Below, in pieces: positions 9,598-18,006 of a stretch of 64,000 bases of DNA. Both the position numbers and the translations under genes were made by a program. Every line of letters begins with the position of its first letter. Within the stretch, counting starts at the first letter, position 1. The notes below the pieces were generated by a model, which saw nothing but the letters and a program-made list of their open reading frames with translations, was not told where the DNA came from and ran no database searches. Where the stretch lies: NCBI GenBank assembly GCA_964470365.1, contig CAYYCO010000004.1, positions 15,359 to 79,358 on the forward strand, in the 5' to 3' direction. This stretch comes from an uncultured Anaeromyxobacteraceae bacterium. Its GTDB lineage: Bacteria; Myxococcota_A; UBA9042; DTJE01.

Positions 9598-10329
9598 ATG
9601 AAAACCTGCATCCAATACGCCGTCGTGCTCGCTTTCGTCACCATCGCTTCGTCGCCTGCCATTGCCCAGACGACCGGACAGGCCGCCGATGCGCGGCCGG
9701 CCGCCGCTTCGGTTCCGACGCCAACCCCGTGGGACACGAATCCGGTGCTGTCCCGGCTGAATGCCTTCTATTCAGCCACGACCGATTTTTCGGCGACTTT
9801 CAAACAGGTCGTGAATACGAAGTCCCCGAAAAGGACCTTCCGCCGCGGTGGCCAGGTCTATTTCAAGCGGCCCGGACTGGCCCGCTGGGACTACACCGAA
9901 CCGGACGTCGTCAATTACGTGAGCGCGGGCGGGTACCTCTGGGTATACGATTCCGAGGACGGGTCGGCGATCAAGATGAACATCGCCGATTCGGACCTGT
10001 ATTCGGCCCTGGGATTCCTGTCCGGAACCACCAGACTTTCCGAATCGTTCGTGCCCGAGGTGACCGCGTCGCCGACCGCCGGCATGTCCACGGTGAAGCT
10101 TGTGCCGGTCAAGGCGTCCGGTTCATACAAACATGTGGTGCTTACGGTCAGCGACTCGACCGGGGAAGTGGTCGAAACCGAAATCGTCGACCCGGTCGGC
10201 AACGTTTCGAAGATACGCTTCGAATCGGTCAGGTACATAACCGTCCCCGAATCGGCGTTCAAATTCGTCGTCCCGCCCGGCGTGAAGGTTCAGGACCTCA
10301 CGGGCAACGGCGGTGGCGCGTCCAGGTAG
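9598..10329 (+). CDS. lolA: Outer-membrane lipoprotein carrier LolA-like
   Basis: Signal peptide, DFSATFKQ..GQVYFKRPGLARWDYTEP, LWVYD, FKFVVPPGV. Confidence 0.8.
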   Translation: MKTCIQYAVVLAFVTIASSPAIAQTTGQAADARPAAASVPTPTPWDTNPVLSRLNAFYSATTDFSATFKQVVNTKSPKRTFRRGGQVYFKRPGLARWDYTEPDVVNYVSAGGYLWVYDSEDGSAIKMNIADSDLYSALGFLSGTTRLSESFVPEVTASPTAGMSTVKLVPVKASGSYKHVVLTVSDSTGEVVETEIVDPVGNVSKIRFESVRYITVPESAFKFVVPPGVKVQDLTGNGGGASR

Positions 10330-10348
10330 GCGCCTTCAGGAATATCCG

Positions 10349-11659
10349 ATGAAACCAGGCAGGATCAGTAAACCGGCGGTGTTCGCGATTACCCTGGGCT
10401 GTCCCAAGAACCGCGTGGACACCGAATTCATTCTGGGCGACATGCTTTCGAACGGCTGGGTTCTGGTCGACGAGCCGGACGACGCCGATGCCGTGATCGT
10501 GAATACGTGCGGTTTCCTGACGTCCGCGCGCGAAGAATCGCTTCAGACGATGTCCGAACTTTCCGCGTCGATGCGACCGGGCGCCAGGCTGGTCGCGATC
10601 GGGTGCATGGTTGACAAGTTCGGCGCCGACATCAGGCGTGCCGTGCCGGGAGTATCCGCCATGGTCGGCACCAGGGATTTCATGGGTGTCAGGGCCGCCA
10701 TCGAGGGCGGGGGGCCGGTCGGTCGCGTCCCTGGACCGTCCTCGGCGGCGCCACGGCTGGTGACGACCGGTTCCGTCGCATACCTGAAGGTCGCGGACGG
10801 CTGCAACAGGCGCTGCTCGTACTGCATCATTCCCTCGATTAAGGGGCGGCAGCACAGCCGCCCGGTCGACGACCTCTGCACCGAGGCGGCGGGCCTTGCT
10901 TCGACCGGCGTGCGCGAACTGGTCGTAATCGCCCAGGACCTGACGCACTACGGGACGGATCTTGGCGGTGGGAACACGCCGGCGGCCCTGGTGCGGGGGC
11001 TTGCGGGGGTTGACGGCATCGACTGGGTCAGGCTGATGTACCTGTTCCCTTCGGACATCACCGACGAATTCATCGACGCCGTTGCCGAATCGCCGAACTG
11101 CCTGCCATATTTCGATATTCCGGTACAGCACGCCGACGATGTCGTGCTGGCGCGGATGCGGCGCGGTACCACCCGCCGGTCGCTGGAAAGGCTGGTGCGC
11201 AGGATCCGCGACAGGATCCCCGGGGCTGTGCTGCGGACGACGCTGATGACGGGTTTCCCGGGCGAAACCGACGCTGCCTTCGCGAATCTCATCGATTTCG
11301 TGCGTGCGGCATCGTTCGACATGGTGGGGGTCTTCGAATTCTCGCCGGAACCGGGGTCTGCCGCGGCCAGGATGGACGGACAGGTACCACGCGGGATCGC
11401 GGCGGCGCGCCGTGCCGAACTGGAAGCGATGCTTTCGTCGATTGCCGCGTCGAGGCGGGCCGAAATGGTCGGCACCGTGGTGGACGCCGTTGCCGAATCG
11501 GTCGACGACGACGGCGACGTGATCGGCAGGGCATGGTTCCAGGCGCCCGAGGTCGATGGCGTGACCTTCATCGCCGGGCTTGGCGGCGACGACGACGCGG
11601 TGTGCCGGGTCCGTATCACAGGTTACAGGGACGCGGACTTCACCGCGGAAAAATTCTGA
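10349..11659 (+). CDS. rimO: Ribosomal protein S12 methylthiotransferase RimO
   Basis: LGCPKNRVD, VNTCGF, radical SAM motif CNRRCSYCIIP, APEVDG in the TRAM domain. Confidence 0.92.
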   Translation: MKPGRISKPAVFAITLGCPKNRVDTEFILGDMLSNGWVLVDEPDDADAVIVNTCGFLTSAREESLQTMSELSASMRPGARLVAIGCMVDKFGADIRRAVPGVSAMVGTRDFMGVRAAIEGGGPVGRVPGPSSAAPRLVTTGSVAYLKVADGCNRRCSYCIIPSIKGRQHSRPVDDLCTEAAGLASTGVRELVVIAQDLTHYGTDLGGGNTPAALVRGLAGVDGIDWVRLMYLFPSDITDEFIDAVAESPNCLPYFDIPVQHADDVVLARMRRGTTRRSLERLVRRIRDRIPGAVLRTTLMTGFPGETDAAFANLIDFVRAASFDMVGVFEFSPEPGSAAARMDGQVPRGIAAARRAELEAMLSSIAASRRAEMVGTVVDAVAESVDDDGDVIGRAWFQAPEVDGVTFIAGLGGDDDAVCRVRITGYRDADFTAEKF

Positions 11660-11670
11660 GGTTTCGGCAA

Positions 11671-12306
11671 ATGGATTTTTCGGCGTTCGAAGGCTTCGTG
11701 TTCGACCTTGACGGTACGCTTGTCGACACTTTCGATGACCTCCGCACGGCGATCAACCTTGTCAGGGCCGACATGGGTCTTGAACCCCTTGATCTGGAAA
11801 CGGTCAGGGGCAACGTCGGCCACGGCGTCCGCGAACTGGTCCGCAAGTCGATGGGCGTGTTTCCCGCCCTGGAGGAGCAGCGGCTGGTCGATGAATTCCG
11901 TCGATATTACAGGGCGCACATCGACGACCGCAGCAGGCTTTACCCGAACGTCGTCCAGACTCTCACGGCGCTTTCGGGCCGGCACCTCGCCGTGCTGTCC
12001 AACAAGCCGCACGACGCCTGCGTCGAACTGCTGACAAGGCTGAATGTCGCGCACATGTTCGAAATCGTCCGCGGTCAGGACACGCTGTTTCCCCCGAAGC
12101 CCGACCCGGCCTGCCTGCTGCACATCGTCAGGGACGTGTTCGGGTCGAAGCCGGAGCGCGTGCTGATGGTCGGCGATTTCGACACGGACGTGCAGACCGC
12201 GCGAAACGGCGGCCTGCCCGTCGCGATCATACGTACCGGCATGTACCGGCACCTTTCGATTGAACCGGATGTATTCATAGATGATATCAGTGATTTGTCC
12301 CGCTAA
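11671..12306 (+). CDS. HAD-family hydrolase (phosphoglycolate phosphatase-like)
   Basis: FDLDGTLVDT motif I, LSNK, KPDP, MVGDFDTD. Confidence 0.85.
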   Translation: MDFSAFEGFVFDLDGTLVDTFDDLRTAINLVRADMGLEPLDLETVRGNVGHGVRELVRKSMGVFPALEEQRLVDEFRRYYRAHIDDRSRLYPNVVQTLTALSGRHLAVLSNKPHDACVELLTRLNVAHMFEIVRGQDTLFPPKPDPACLLHIVRDVFGSKPERVLMVGDFDTDVQTARNGGLPVAIIRTGMYRHLSIEPDVFIDDISDLSR

Positions 12307-13249
12307 GCTGAACCTGGGGCTGCACGTCCTCGGGATCAGGCCCGACGGATTCCACGAACTGCGTGGGCTGATGGTCGCCCTGCCGTGGTTCGACCGGCTG
12401 GATCTCGAACTTGATTTCGATGACACGAACGCGGGCACGCCCGAAGTCGCCCTGACGGTCAGCGGTGAATCGGACTCGGATTCGCTGGAAGCGCCGGCGG
12501 GCGAGGGCAACATCGTCGTTCGCGCCGCCCGCGCGTATCTCCAGGCGTACGGCCTGAACCGCCTGCCCGGTTCGCCCCGCGTGTCCATCCGCCTTCTGAA
12601 GACCATTCCCTCGGGGACCGGACTGGGCGGGGCATCATCGGACGCCGCGGGCACGCTGCTGGCGATGGACGACCTGATGGCCGACGCGGGCCTGGAAAGG
12701 CTTGGCGGCGCGGCGATAAGGCGCCTGGCCGCGTCGCTCGGGTCCGACATCGTGTTCTTCCTGGATCCGGTGCCGTCCACGATCGTGGGACGTGGCGAGG
12801 ATTTCAGGCCGGCCGCGGGCGGTTTCTCACTGGCCGTCGTGGTCGCCGTACCCGAAAAGCGCCTGTCCACCGCGGCGGTGTTCGCGTCGTGGGATGCCCG
12901 CAGGTTGTCTTCCGGGGCCGGCCCGAATGCCTTGACTGCGCTGGGTGAAAGTGATATAAGCCCCTGCCTTTCGGTGTCTGCGCCCGCCGCCAGCGGCTGT
13001 GCGCCGACGCCGGAAATATTTGAAAACGACCTGTCTGATGCGGTTTTCGAACTGTGTCCCCGCTCGGCGGACCTCGCGCGATTCCTGACGGATTTCGGTG
13101 CCAGGGTGTCGGCTGTGACGGGTTCGGGCGCCGCCGTTTATGGAATCTGCGGCGACATGGCGTCGGCGCGGGCCTGCGCGGCGGCCATGTCCCGTGTCAT
13201 CGGGCCCGGCGAAATCGTGCGGGCTTTTCAGGTTGGAAACGTTTTTTGA
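12281..13249 (+). CDS. ispE: 4-diphosphocytidyl-2-C-methyl-D-erythritol kinase
   Basis: PAKLNLGLHV, RPDGFHEL, KTIPSGTGLGGASSDAA, LGSDIVFF, TGSGAAVY. Confidence 0.92.
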   Translation: MISVICPAKLNLGLHVLGIRPDGFHELRGLMVALPWFDRLDLELDFDDTNAGTPEVALTVSGESDSDSLEAPAGEGNIVVRAARAYLQAYGLNRLPGSPRVSIRLLKTIPSGTGLGGASSDAAGTLLAMDDLMADAGLERLGGAAIRRLAASLGSDIVFFLDPVPSTIVGRGEDFRPAAGGFSLAVVVAVPEKRLSTAAVFASWDARRLSSGAGPNALTALGESDISPCLSVSAPAASGCAPTPEIFENDLSDAVFELCPRSADLARFLTDFGARVSAVTGSGAAVYGICGDMASARACAAAMSRVIGPGEIVRAFQVGNVF

Positions 13250-13297
13250 TGCCCCTGCTGAACCTGCGACGACAGGGCGGGGCGTTGGAGGAAGATC

Positions 13298-13957
13298 ATG
13301 GAATACCCGGTTATCAGGGCCAAAGACAGGGCCATCGTCGGAACCGGGATCGCACGCAAGATCCGGGAACTCGGTTTTGTTCCCGCGGTTGTGTACGGCG
13401 GCGCTGCAGCCGAACGCAACCTTGTCGTCGATCCCAGGGTTGTCGGTGCGGTCCTCAGGGCGGAAGGCGGTCGTAACCAGATCGTCAATCTTTCCATCGA
13501 GGGCGAAAAGGCCGAAAGCTGCCTCGCGGTTATCCGTGAATTCCAGCTCGACCCGATCAAGCGGAACCTTCTTCACTGCGATTTCCTGCGCGTGACGGAA
13601 GAAACGCCGATCGTCGTCAAGGTCCCGGTCCAGGTCGTCGGCAAGAGCGAGGCTGAAAAGCTGGGCGCGATTGTGAAGCGCACCATGCGTTTCGTTTCGA
13701 TCAAGTGCCCGGCCGCCAGCATCCCGGAAGCCATCGTGGTCAATGCCGAAAACCTGAACATGGGCGACACGCTGAAGATCTCGCAGCTTCCGCTGCCGCA
13801 GGGCGCCAGGCCGGTCTTCCTCCGGGACAACAAGGTCATCCTCGTGACGATGCCGAAGGCCGACAAGGAAGAAGAAGCCGCGGCTACGGCCGAGGGCGCC
13901 GAGGCTCCGGCTGCCGAGGGCGCTGCCCCGGCCGCAGCGGCCACGGAATCGAAGTGA
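13298..13957 (+). CDS. rplY: 50S ribosomal protein L25/CTC
   Basis: RKIRELGFVPAVVYG, REFQLDPIKRNLLHCDF, long form with Ala/Glu tail. Confidence 0.93.
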   Translation: MEYPVIRAKDRAIVGTGIARKIRELGFVPAVVYGGAAAERNLVVDPRVVGAVLRAEGGRNQIVNLSIEGEKAESCLAVIREFQLDPIKRNLLHCDFLRVTEETPIVVKVPVQVVGKSEAEKLGAIVKRTMRFVSIKCPAASIPEAIVVNAENLNMGDTLKISQLPLPQGARPVFLRDNKVILVTMPKADKEEEAAATAEGAEAPAAEGAAPAAAATESK

Positions 13958-13993
13958 CCGGTTTTCCTGTGCTGACGGCATGGGGGTCTGACG

Positions 13994-14629
13994 GTGAAAC
14001 TGGTATGCGGGCTCGGTAATCCGGGGATCCGTTACGCCGGGACGAGGCACAACGTCGGATTCATGGCCGTCGAGGCGCTCTTTGAATCTTCGGATCCTTC
14101 CTGGATCGATAAGTGGGATGCCAGGGTTGCAAGGCTCGATCTGCCGGGCAGCCAGGTGCTGGTGGTCGAACCGCAGACGTTCATGAACCTTTCCGGGTTC
14201 GCGGTCGTCAGGGCGGCCGGCTTTTACCGCATCCCGCCCGAAGACATCGCGGTCATCCATGACGACATCGACCTGCCGCTGGGCAGGGTGATTGTCAAGG
14301 CCGGCGGCGGCGACGGAGGGCATCGCGGCGTGCGTTCGGTGATCGAACAGCTCGGCACGCGGGAATTCGTCAGGATAAGGATCGGCGTCGGGCGGCCCGT
14401 GGGGCCAGGTCCGGAAGTGGTGGACTATGTCCTCCAGCGCTTTTCCGACGCGGAAGAAATGGATTTGTCGGATGCCGTGAAAACGGCGTCCGTGGCAATC
14501 AGGGAATGGGTTTCCGGGGGTGTCCCGAAGGCCCAGAATCGCGTGAACCGCAGGGGTAACCCGAAGCGGTCCGAGCCTTCTTGTCCGCCGGAAGGGTCCG
14601 ACGGGCCGAAAGACCGTAAGGAGGTTTAA
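13994..14629 (+). CDS. pth: Peptidyl-tRNA hydrolase
   Basis: GLGNPG..TRHNVGF, PQTFMNLSG, HDDIDLP, GGDGGHRG, RIRIGVGRP. Confidence 0.95.
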   Translation: MKLVCGLGNPGIRYAGTRHNVGFMAVEALFESSDPSWIDKWDARVARLDLPGSQVLVVEPQTFMNLSGFAVVRAAGFYRIPPEDIAVIHDDIDLPLGRVIVKAGGGDGGHRGVRSVIEQLGTREFVRIRIGVGRPVGPGPEVVDYVLQRFSDAEEMDLSDAVKTASVAIREWVSGGVPKAQNRVNRRGNPKRSEPSCPPEGSDGPKDRKEV

Positions 14630-15135
14630 TGAGTACGGCTCTGCTGCGCAAGTACGAGACCGTTATCGTCGTCAGAAGCGATATCGGTCAGGACGCCATG
14701 CACCGCCTTCACGAGAAGTTCCTGGAACTGATCGAGAAGCACGGTGGCAGGCTGGTCAGGTTCGAGGTCTGGGGCAAGCGCCGCCTGGCCTTCACAATCC
14801 GCAAGTGCACGAAGGGTGTCTACCTTTACTACGTGTACCTCGCGGGTGAAGACATGGTCGAAGAACTGACCAAGAACATCCGGATCAACACGAACGTCCT
14901 CCGCTACATGTCCCTCGTTCTGGACACGGACGTCGATCCCGAAACGTACGACTTCGCTTCGGAAGAACACGTCGACAAGCTGCCCGACCCGGACGATCAC
15001 GGTGACCGCAACCGTTCGACCACCGGCTGGGACGCCGAAGCCGCCGCCGAAATGGCCGCCGGCGACGATGACGACGAAGAAGAGGGCGAGGACGAGGACG
15101 AAAGGGACGAAGACGATATCGAGGAGGATGAATAA
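14629..15135 (+). CDS. rpsF: 30S ribosomal protein S6 with long acidic C-terminal extension
   Basis: [22 protein letters not shown]. Ends [24 protein letters not shown]. Confidence 0.9.
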   Translation: MSTALLRKYETVIVVRSDIGQDAMHRLHEKFLELIEKHGGRLVRFEVWGKRRLAFTIRKCTKGVYLYYVYLAGEDMVEELTKNIRINTNVLRYMSLVLDTDVDPETYDFASEEHVDKLPDPDDHGDRNRSTTGWDAEAAAEMAAGDDDDEEEGEDEDERDEDDIEEDE

Positions 15136-15137
15136 CC

Positions 15138-15404
15138 ATGAAGACTGCAACCTCCGTCAATCGTGACAAGAAAAAGCGTCGCGGACCGCCGCGCCGTAAG
15201 GTGTGCCCGTTCTGCCAGGACAGGAACTCGAAGATTGACTACAAGAACCCGGCGGCCCTCAAGCGCCTGGTCACCGAACGCGGCAAAATCGTGCCCCGCC
15301 GTATTTCCGGCGTGTGCGCGAAGCATCAGCGTGAAGTCGCACTGGCGATCAAGCGGGCCAGGCACATCGCCCTGATGCCGTACTCTGCCAAGGCGATGCC
15401 GTAG
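15138..15404 (+). CDS. rpsR: 30S ribosomal protein S18 (zinc-binding C+ form)
   Basis: [35 protein letters not shown]. Confidence 0.95.
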   Translation: MKTATSVNRDKKKRRGPPRRKVCPFCQDRNSKIDYKNPAALKRLVTERGKIVPRRISGVCAKHQREVALAIKRARHIALMPYSAKAMP

Positions 15405-15445
15405 GGCGGTTGACGCTGTCTTCTGGCAGCGATGGAGATCAAGGA

Positions 15446-15889
15446 ATGAAAGTCATTCTTAACGAGAACATCGATCACCTCGGGAAGGCCGGCGAGATCG
15501 TCGACGTGTCCGACGGATTCGCGCGGAACTTCCTGATTCCCCATGGGAAGGCCGTCCTGGCGACCACCAGGTCGGTCCGCGAACTGGAACACGCCCGCCG
15601 CCAGGTCCAGGCCCAGATCCTGCGTGAACGCAAGACGGCCGAGGCCCTGAAGCAGGCGATCGAAAAGGTGGCCCTCAATATCGTCCGCGAGGCCGGCGAG
15701 GAAGAAAAGCTTTTCGGTTCCGTGACGAACCGTGACGTCGCCGAGGCCCTGGCCCTGGAAGGCTTCACCGTCGACCACCGCAAGATCCAGCTCGAAGACC
15801 CGATCAAGACGCTCGGCACCTTCAAGGTTGAAATCAGGCTGAACACCGATGTTACGGCCGAAGTGAAGGTCCGGGTTGTCGCGAAGTGA
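15446..15889 (+). CDS. rplI: 50S ribosomal protein L9
   Basis: MKVIL..LGKAGEIVDVSDGFARNFLIP, KLFGSVT, IKTLG. Confidence 0.95.
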   Translation: MKVILNENIDHLGKAGEIVDVSDGFARNFLIPHGKAVLATTRSVRELEHARRQVQAQILRERKTAEALKQAIEKVALNIVREAGEEEKLFGSVTNRDVAEALALEGFTVDHRKIQLEDPIKTLGTFKVEIRLNTDVTAEVKVRVVAK

Positions 15890-16626
15890 CCATTCCCCGA
15901 CTGTTTGAGCCGGGGCGCGACCTGCGTCCCGGTTCTTCATTCCTTCCCGGAAATGAAGTCCTGCACTATCTTCGAAGGGTTCTGCGCCTGAAGCCGGGTG
16001 ACAGCGTCCTCGTCCTTGACGGCGGGCCGCGCGCGTGGCGGGCCGTGCTGGCTGGCGGCGAATCAGCGCTGGAACTGAGGATTGAGCAAATGGAAGAAGG
16101 TGTGCGCGTCGTGGCCGACGGACGTCCCATCCGTGTTTTTGTACCGGCGCTGAAGGGCGACCGTCACGAAATTGCAATCCAGAAGGCGACCGAACTGGGC
16201 GCGACTGCCGTGATGGTTTACTTCGCGGATCGTTCGATTCCCAGGCCGTCGCCCCGGGAATCAGGCAAACTGGAAAGGTACCGCAAGGTCGCCGAAGAGG
16301 CCTGCCGCCAGTGCGACAGGGCATCGATACCGGAAGTGACGCTGCACGATTCCCTGGCGGCGGCGCTTTCCCGCGTCCCGGCCGACGGCCACAGATTCAT
16401 CCTTTCCGAAATCGGGACGCCGGTTCCGCTGGTGAAGCTGGCGGCAGTCCCCGGTCCGGTGACGCTGGCCGTCGGTCCCGAAGGCTCGTTCACGGACGAA
16501 GAACGCGCTATGCTTCTCGGGGCCGGGTTCGTCCCGGCGGGGCTCGGGCCGCGGGTGCTGAAGGCCGAAACGGCGGTGATCGCGGCGGTGATGGCCGCCC
16601 AGGTCGCTGCCGGGGACATGGGATGA
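15886..16626 (+). CDS. rsmE: 16S rRNA m3U1498 methyltransferase RsmE
   Basis: HYLRRVLRL, QKATELG, EEACRQC, VGPEGSF, LGPRVLKAETA. Confidence 0.9.
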   Translation: MTIPRLFEPGRDLRPGSSFLPGNEVLHYLRRVLRLKPGDSVLVLDGGPRAWRAVLAGGESALELRIEQMEEGVRVVADGRPIRVFVPALKGDRHEIAIQKATELGATAVMVYFADRSIPRPSPRESGKLERYRKVAEEACRQCDRASIPEVTLHDSLAAALSRVPADGHRFILSEIGTPVPLVKLAAVPGPVTLAVGPEGSFTDEERAMLLGAGFVPAGLGPRVLKAETAVIAAVMAAQVAAGDMG

Positions 16627-17186
16627 AGCGCGCGATAAAGCTGATGGCGGGCGAGGCTGGCGTCAGGACGGCGTCTTCCTGGCTGCGCCTGTTCTGCGGC
16701 CTGCTGGACCTGGCGCTGCCGGCGGGCCTGACAGCCGTCGTCTGCGTGACCGCCGGATACCCCGACGTCACGACGATGCCGCCGCGTTACTGGAACTATC
16801 TGGACTATTTCGTGGACGTGTTCAATTCGCAACCGGCTTTAATCCTGTTCCCCGCGGCGCTGTTCTGCGCCATGTACGTCGTGACTGGAACGGTGTTTAC
16901 GGTGATTATCGGCAACACGCCGGTTTCACGCATGGCCGGGATAAGGGTAAGGACCATGGCGGGCGAACCCGCGGGATGGTTCAGGGCGATGCTGTGGACG
17001 CTGCTGGGCCTCGTGTTCGCCTCGACCGCATTCGCCGGACCGCTGTGGACGATTGTGGACCCGAAAAGACGCATGCTGCATGATATACTCGCCCGCGTCG
17101 TGGTCGTGTCGGGGCGCGTCAGCCGCAAGCTGGAAGACGACTCGCACGGCTCGTTGATCGTGCATGCCGATGGAGGAAACCAGTGA
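16623..17186 (+). CDS. RDD-family membrane protein
   Basis: WLRLFCGLLD, hydrophobic helices, GNTPVSRMAGIRV, RRMLHDILARVVVV. Confidence 0.75.
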   Translation: MKRAIKLMAGEAGVRTASSWLRLFCGLLDLALPAGLTAVVCVTAGYPDVTTMPPRYWNYLDYFVDVFNSQPALILFPAALFCAMYVVTGTVFTVIIGNTPVSRMAGIRVRTMAGEPAGWFRAMLWTLLGLVFASTAFAGPLWTIVDPKRRMLHDILARVVVVSGRVSRKLEDDSHGSLIVHADGGNQ

Positions 17187-17974
17187 TGAAATCCGTGACG
17201 GTTGCCGCTTTGGCGGCGATGCTTGTCGCCGTGCTGTCGGTTCTGCCGGCCCGCCTGTCGGCCGCCCCCGCCGAACCGGGCGCGCCCGTGCGGCCCACGG
17301 TCGTTGAATACAGCGGGAAGATGGTCGATGAAAACGGTCGTCCGGTATCCGGCATATACCCGATAACATTCAAACTTTACACGACGGCGAAGAAGCCGAA
17401 GGTGATCTGGTCCGACCGCATGTGGGTCAGCGTCGTTGACGGCGCGTACAGCGTCGGCATCGGTTCGTCAAAGCTGCTGCCGCGCAACCAGGATTTCACG
17501 AAACTGACCCTGGCGGTCGAAATCAAGGGCGCCGAACTTTCCCGGCAGGTGTTCATGGACGCCACGACCGCTGAAAAGGTCAGCGCCGACATGCAGAAAA
17601 AGGCCGCCGTGGCCGCGGACGTCAAGCTGGCCCCCGATTCGGGCAAGACCCCGGTTTCAAACACCGGTTCCGTGAAGTACGCCGATTCGGCGGGATACGC
17701 GGTTTCCGCTGAACACGCCAACAACTGTGACCGCCTGCAGAACATGACCGCCGACGACATCGTGAAGAAGGTCGCGGAAGAGGGCGGCGGGGCGGGCGGC
17801 TCCGCGTCGATCGGCAGGACCAGGCGTTACGGCGACAGGGTCGGCGGGCCGGGCGGCGATATCGAATACAACGAAGTCTGCCCGAAGGGCTACGTCATGG
17901 TCGGCGTCCGGGGCGGCGCCGGCAAATTCCTTGATTCCATACAGATAATCTGTGCCCCGCTTGGTGGGGAATAA
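17183..17974 (+). CDS. Secreted fibre-like protein with a single C-terminal jacalin/beta-prism-like repeat
   Basis: Signal peptide. YSGKMVDENGRPVSG.YPITFKLY..W..VSVVDGAYSVGIG domain, YADSAGYAVSAEHA..DRL stalk-like segment, GGPGG..CPKGYVMVGVRGGAGKFLDSIQIIC. Confidence 0.55.
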   Translation: MMKSVTVAALAAMLVAVLSVLPARLSAAPAEPGAPVRPTVVEYSGKMVDENGRPVSGIYPITFKLYTTAKKPKVIWSDRMWVSVVDGAYSVGIGSSKLLPRNQDFTKLTLAVEIKGAELSRQVFMDATTAEKVSADMQKKAAVAADVKLAPDSGKTPVSNTGSVKYADSAGYAVSAEHANNCDRLQNMTADDIVKKVAEEGGGAGGSASIGRTRRYGDRVGGPGGDIEYNEVCPKGYVMVGVRGGAGKFLDSIQIICAPLGGE

Positions 17975-18006
17975 TCACTGAAACCGACGGTTGGAGGTCG
18001 CTTCAC

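Noticed and set aside
14406-14417. CAGGTCCGGAAG resembling the SRP RNA helix-8 motif
   Set aside because: It lies inside pth coding sequence and lacks the following GAAGCAG and the long flanking stem.
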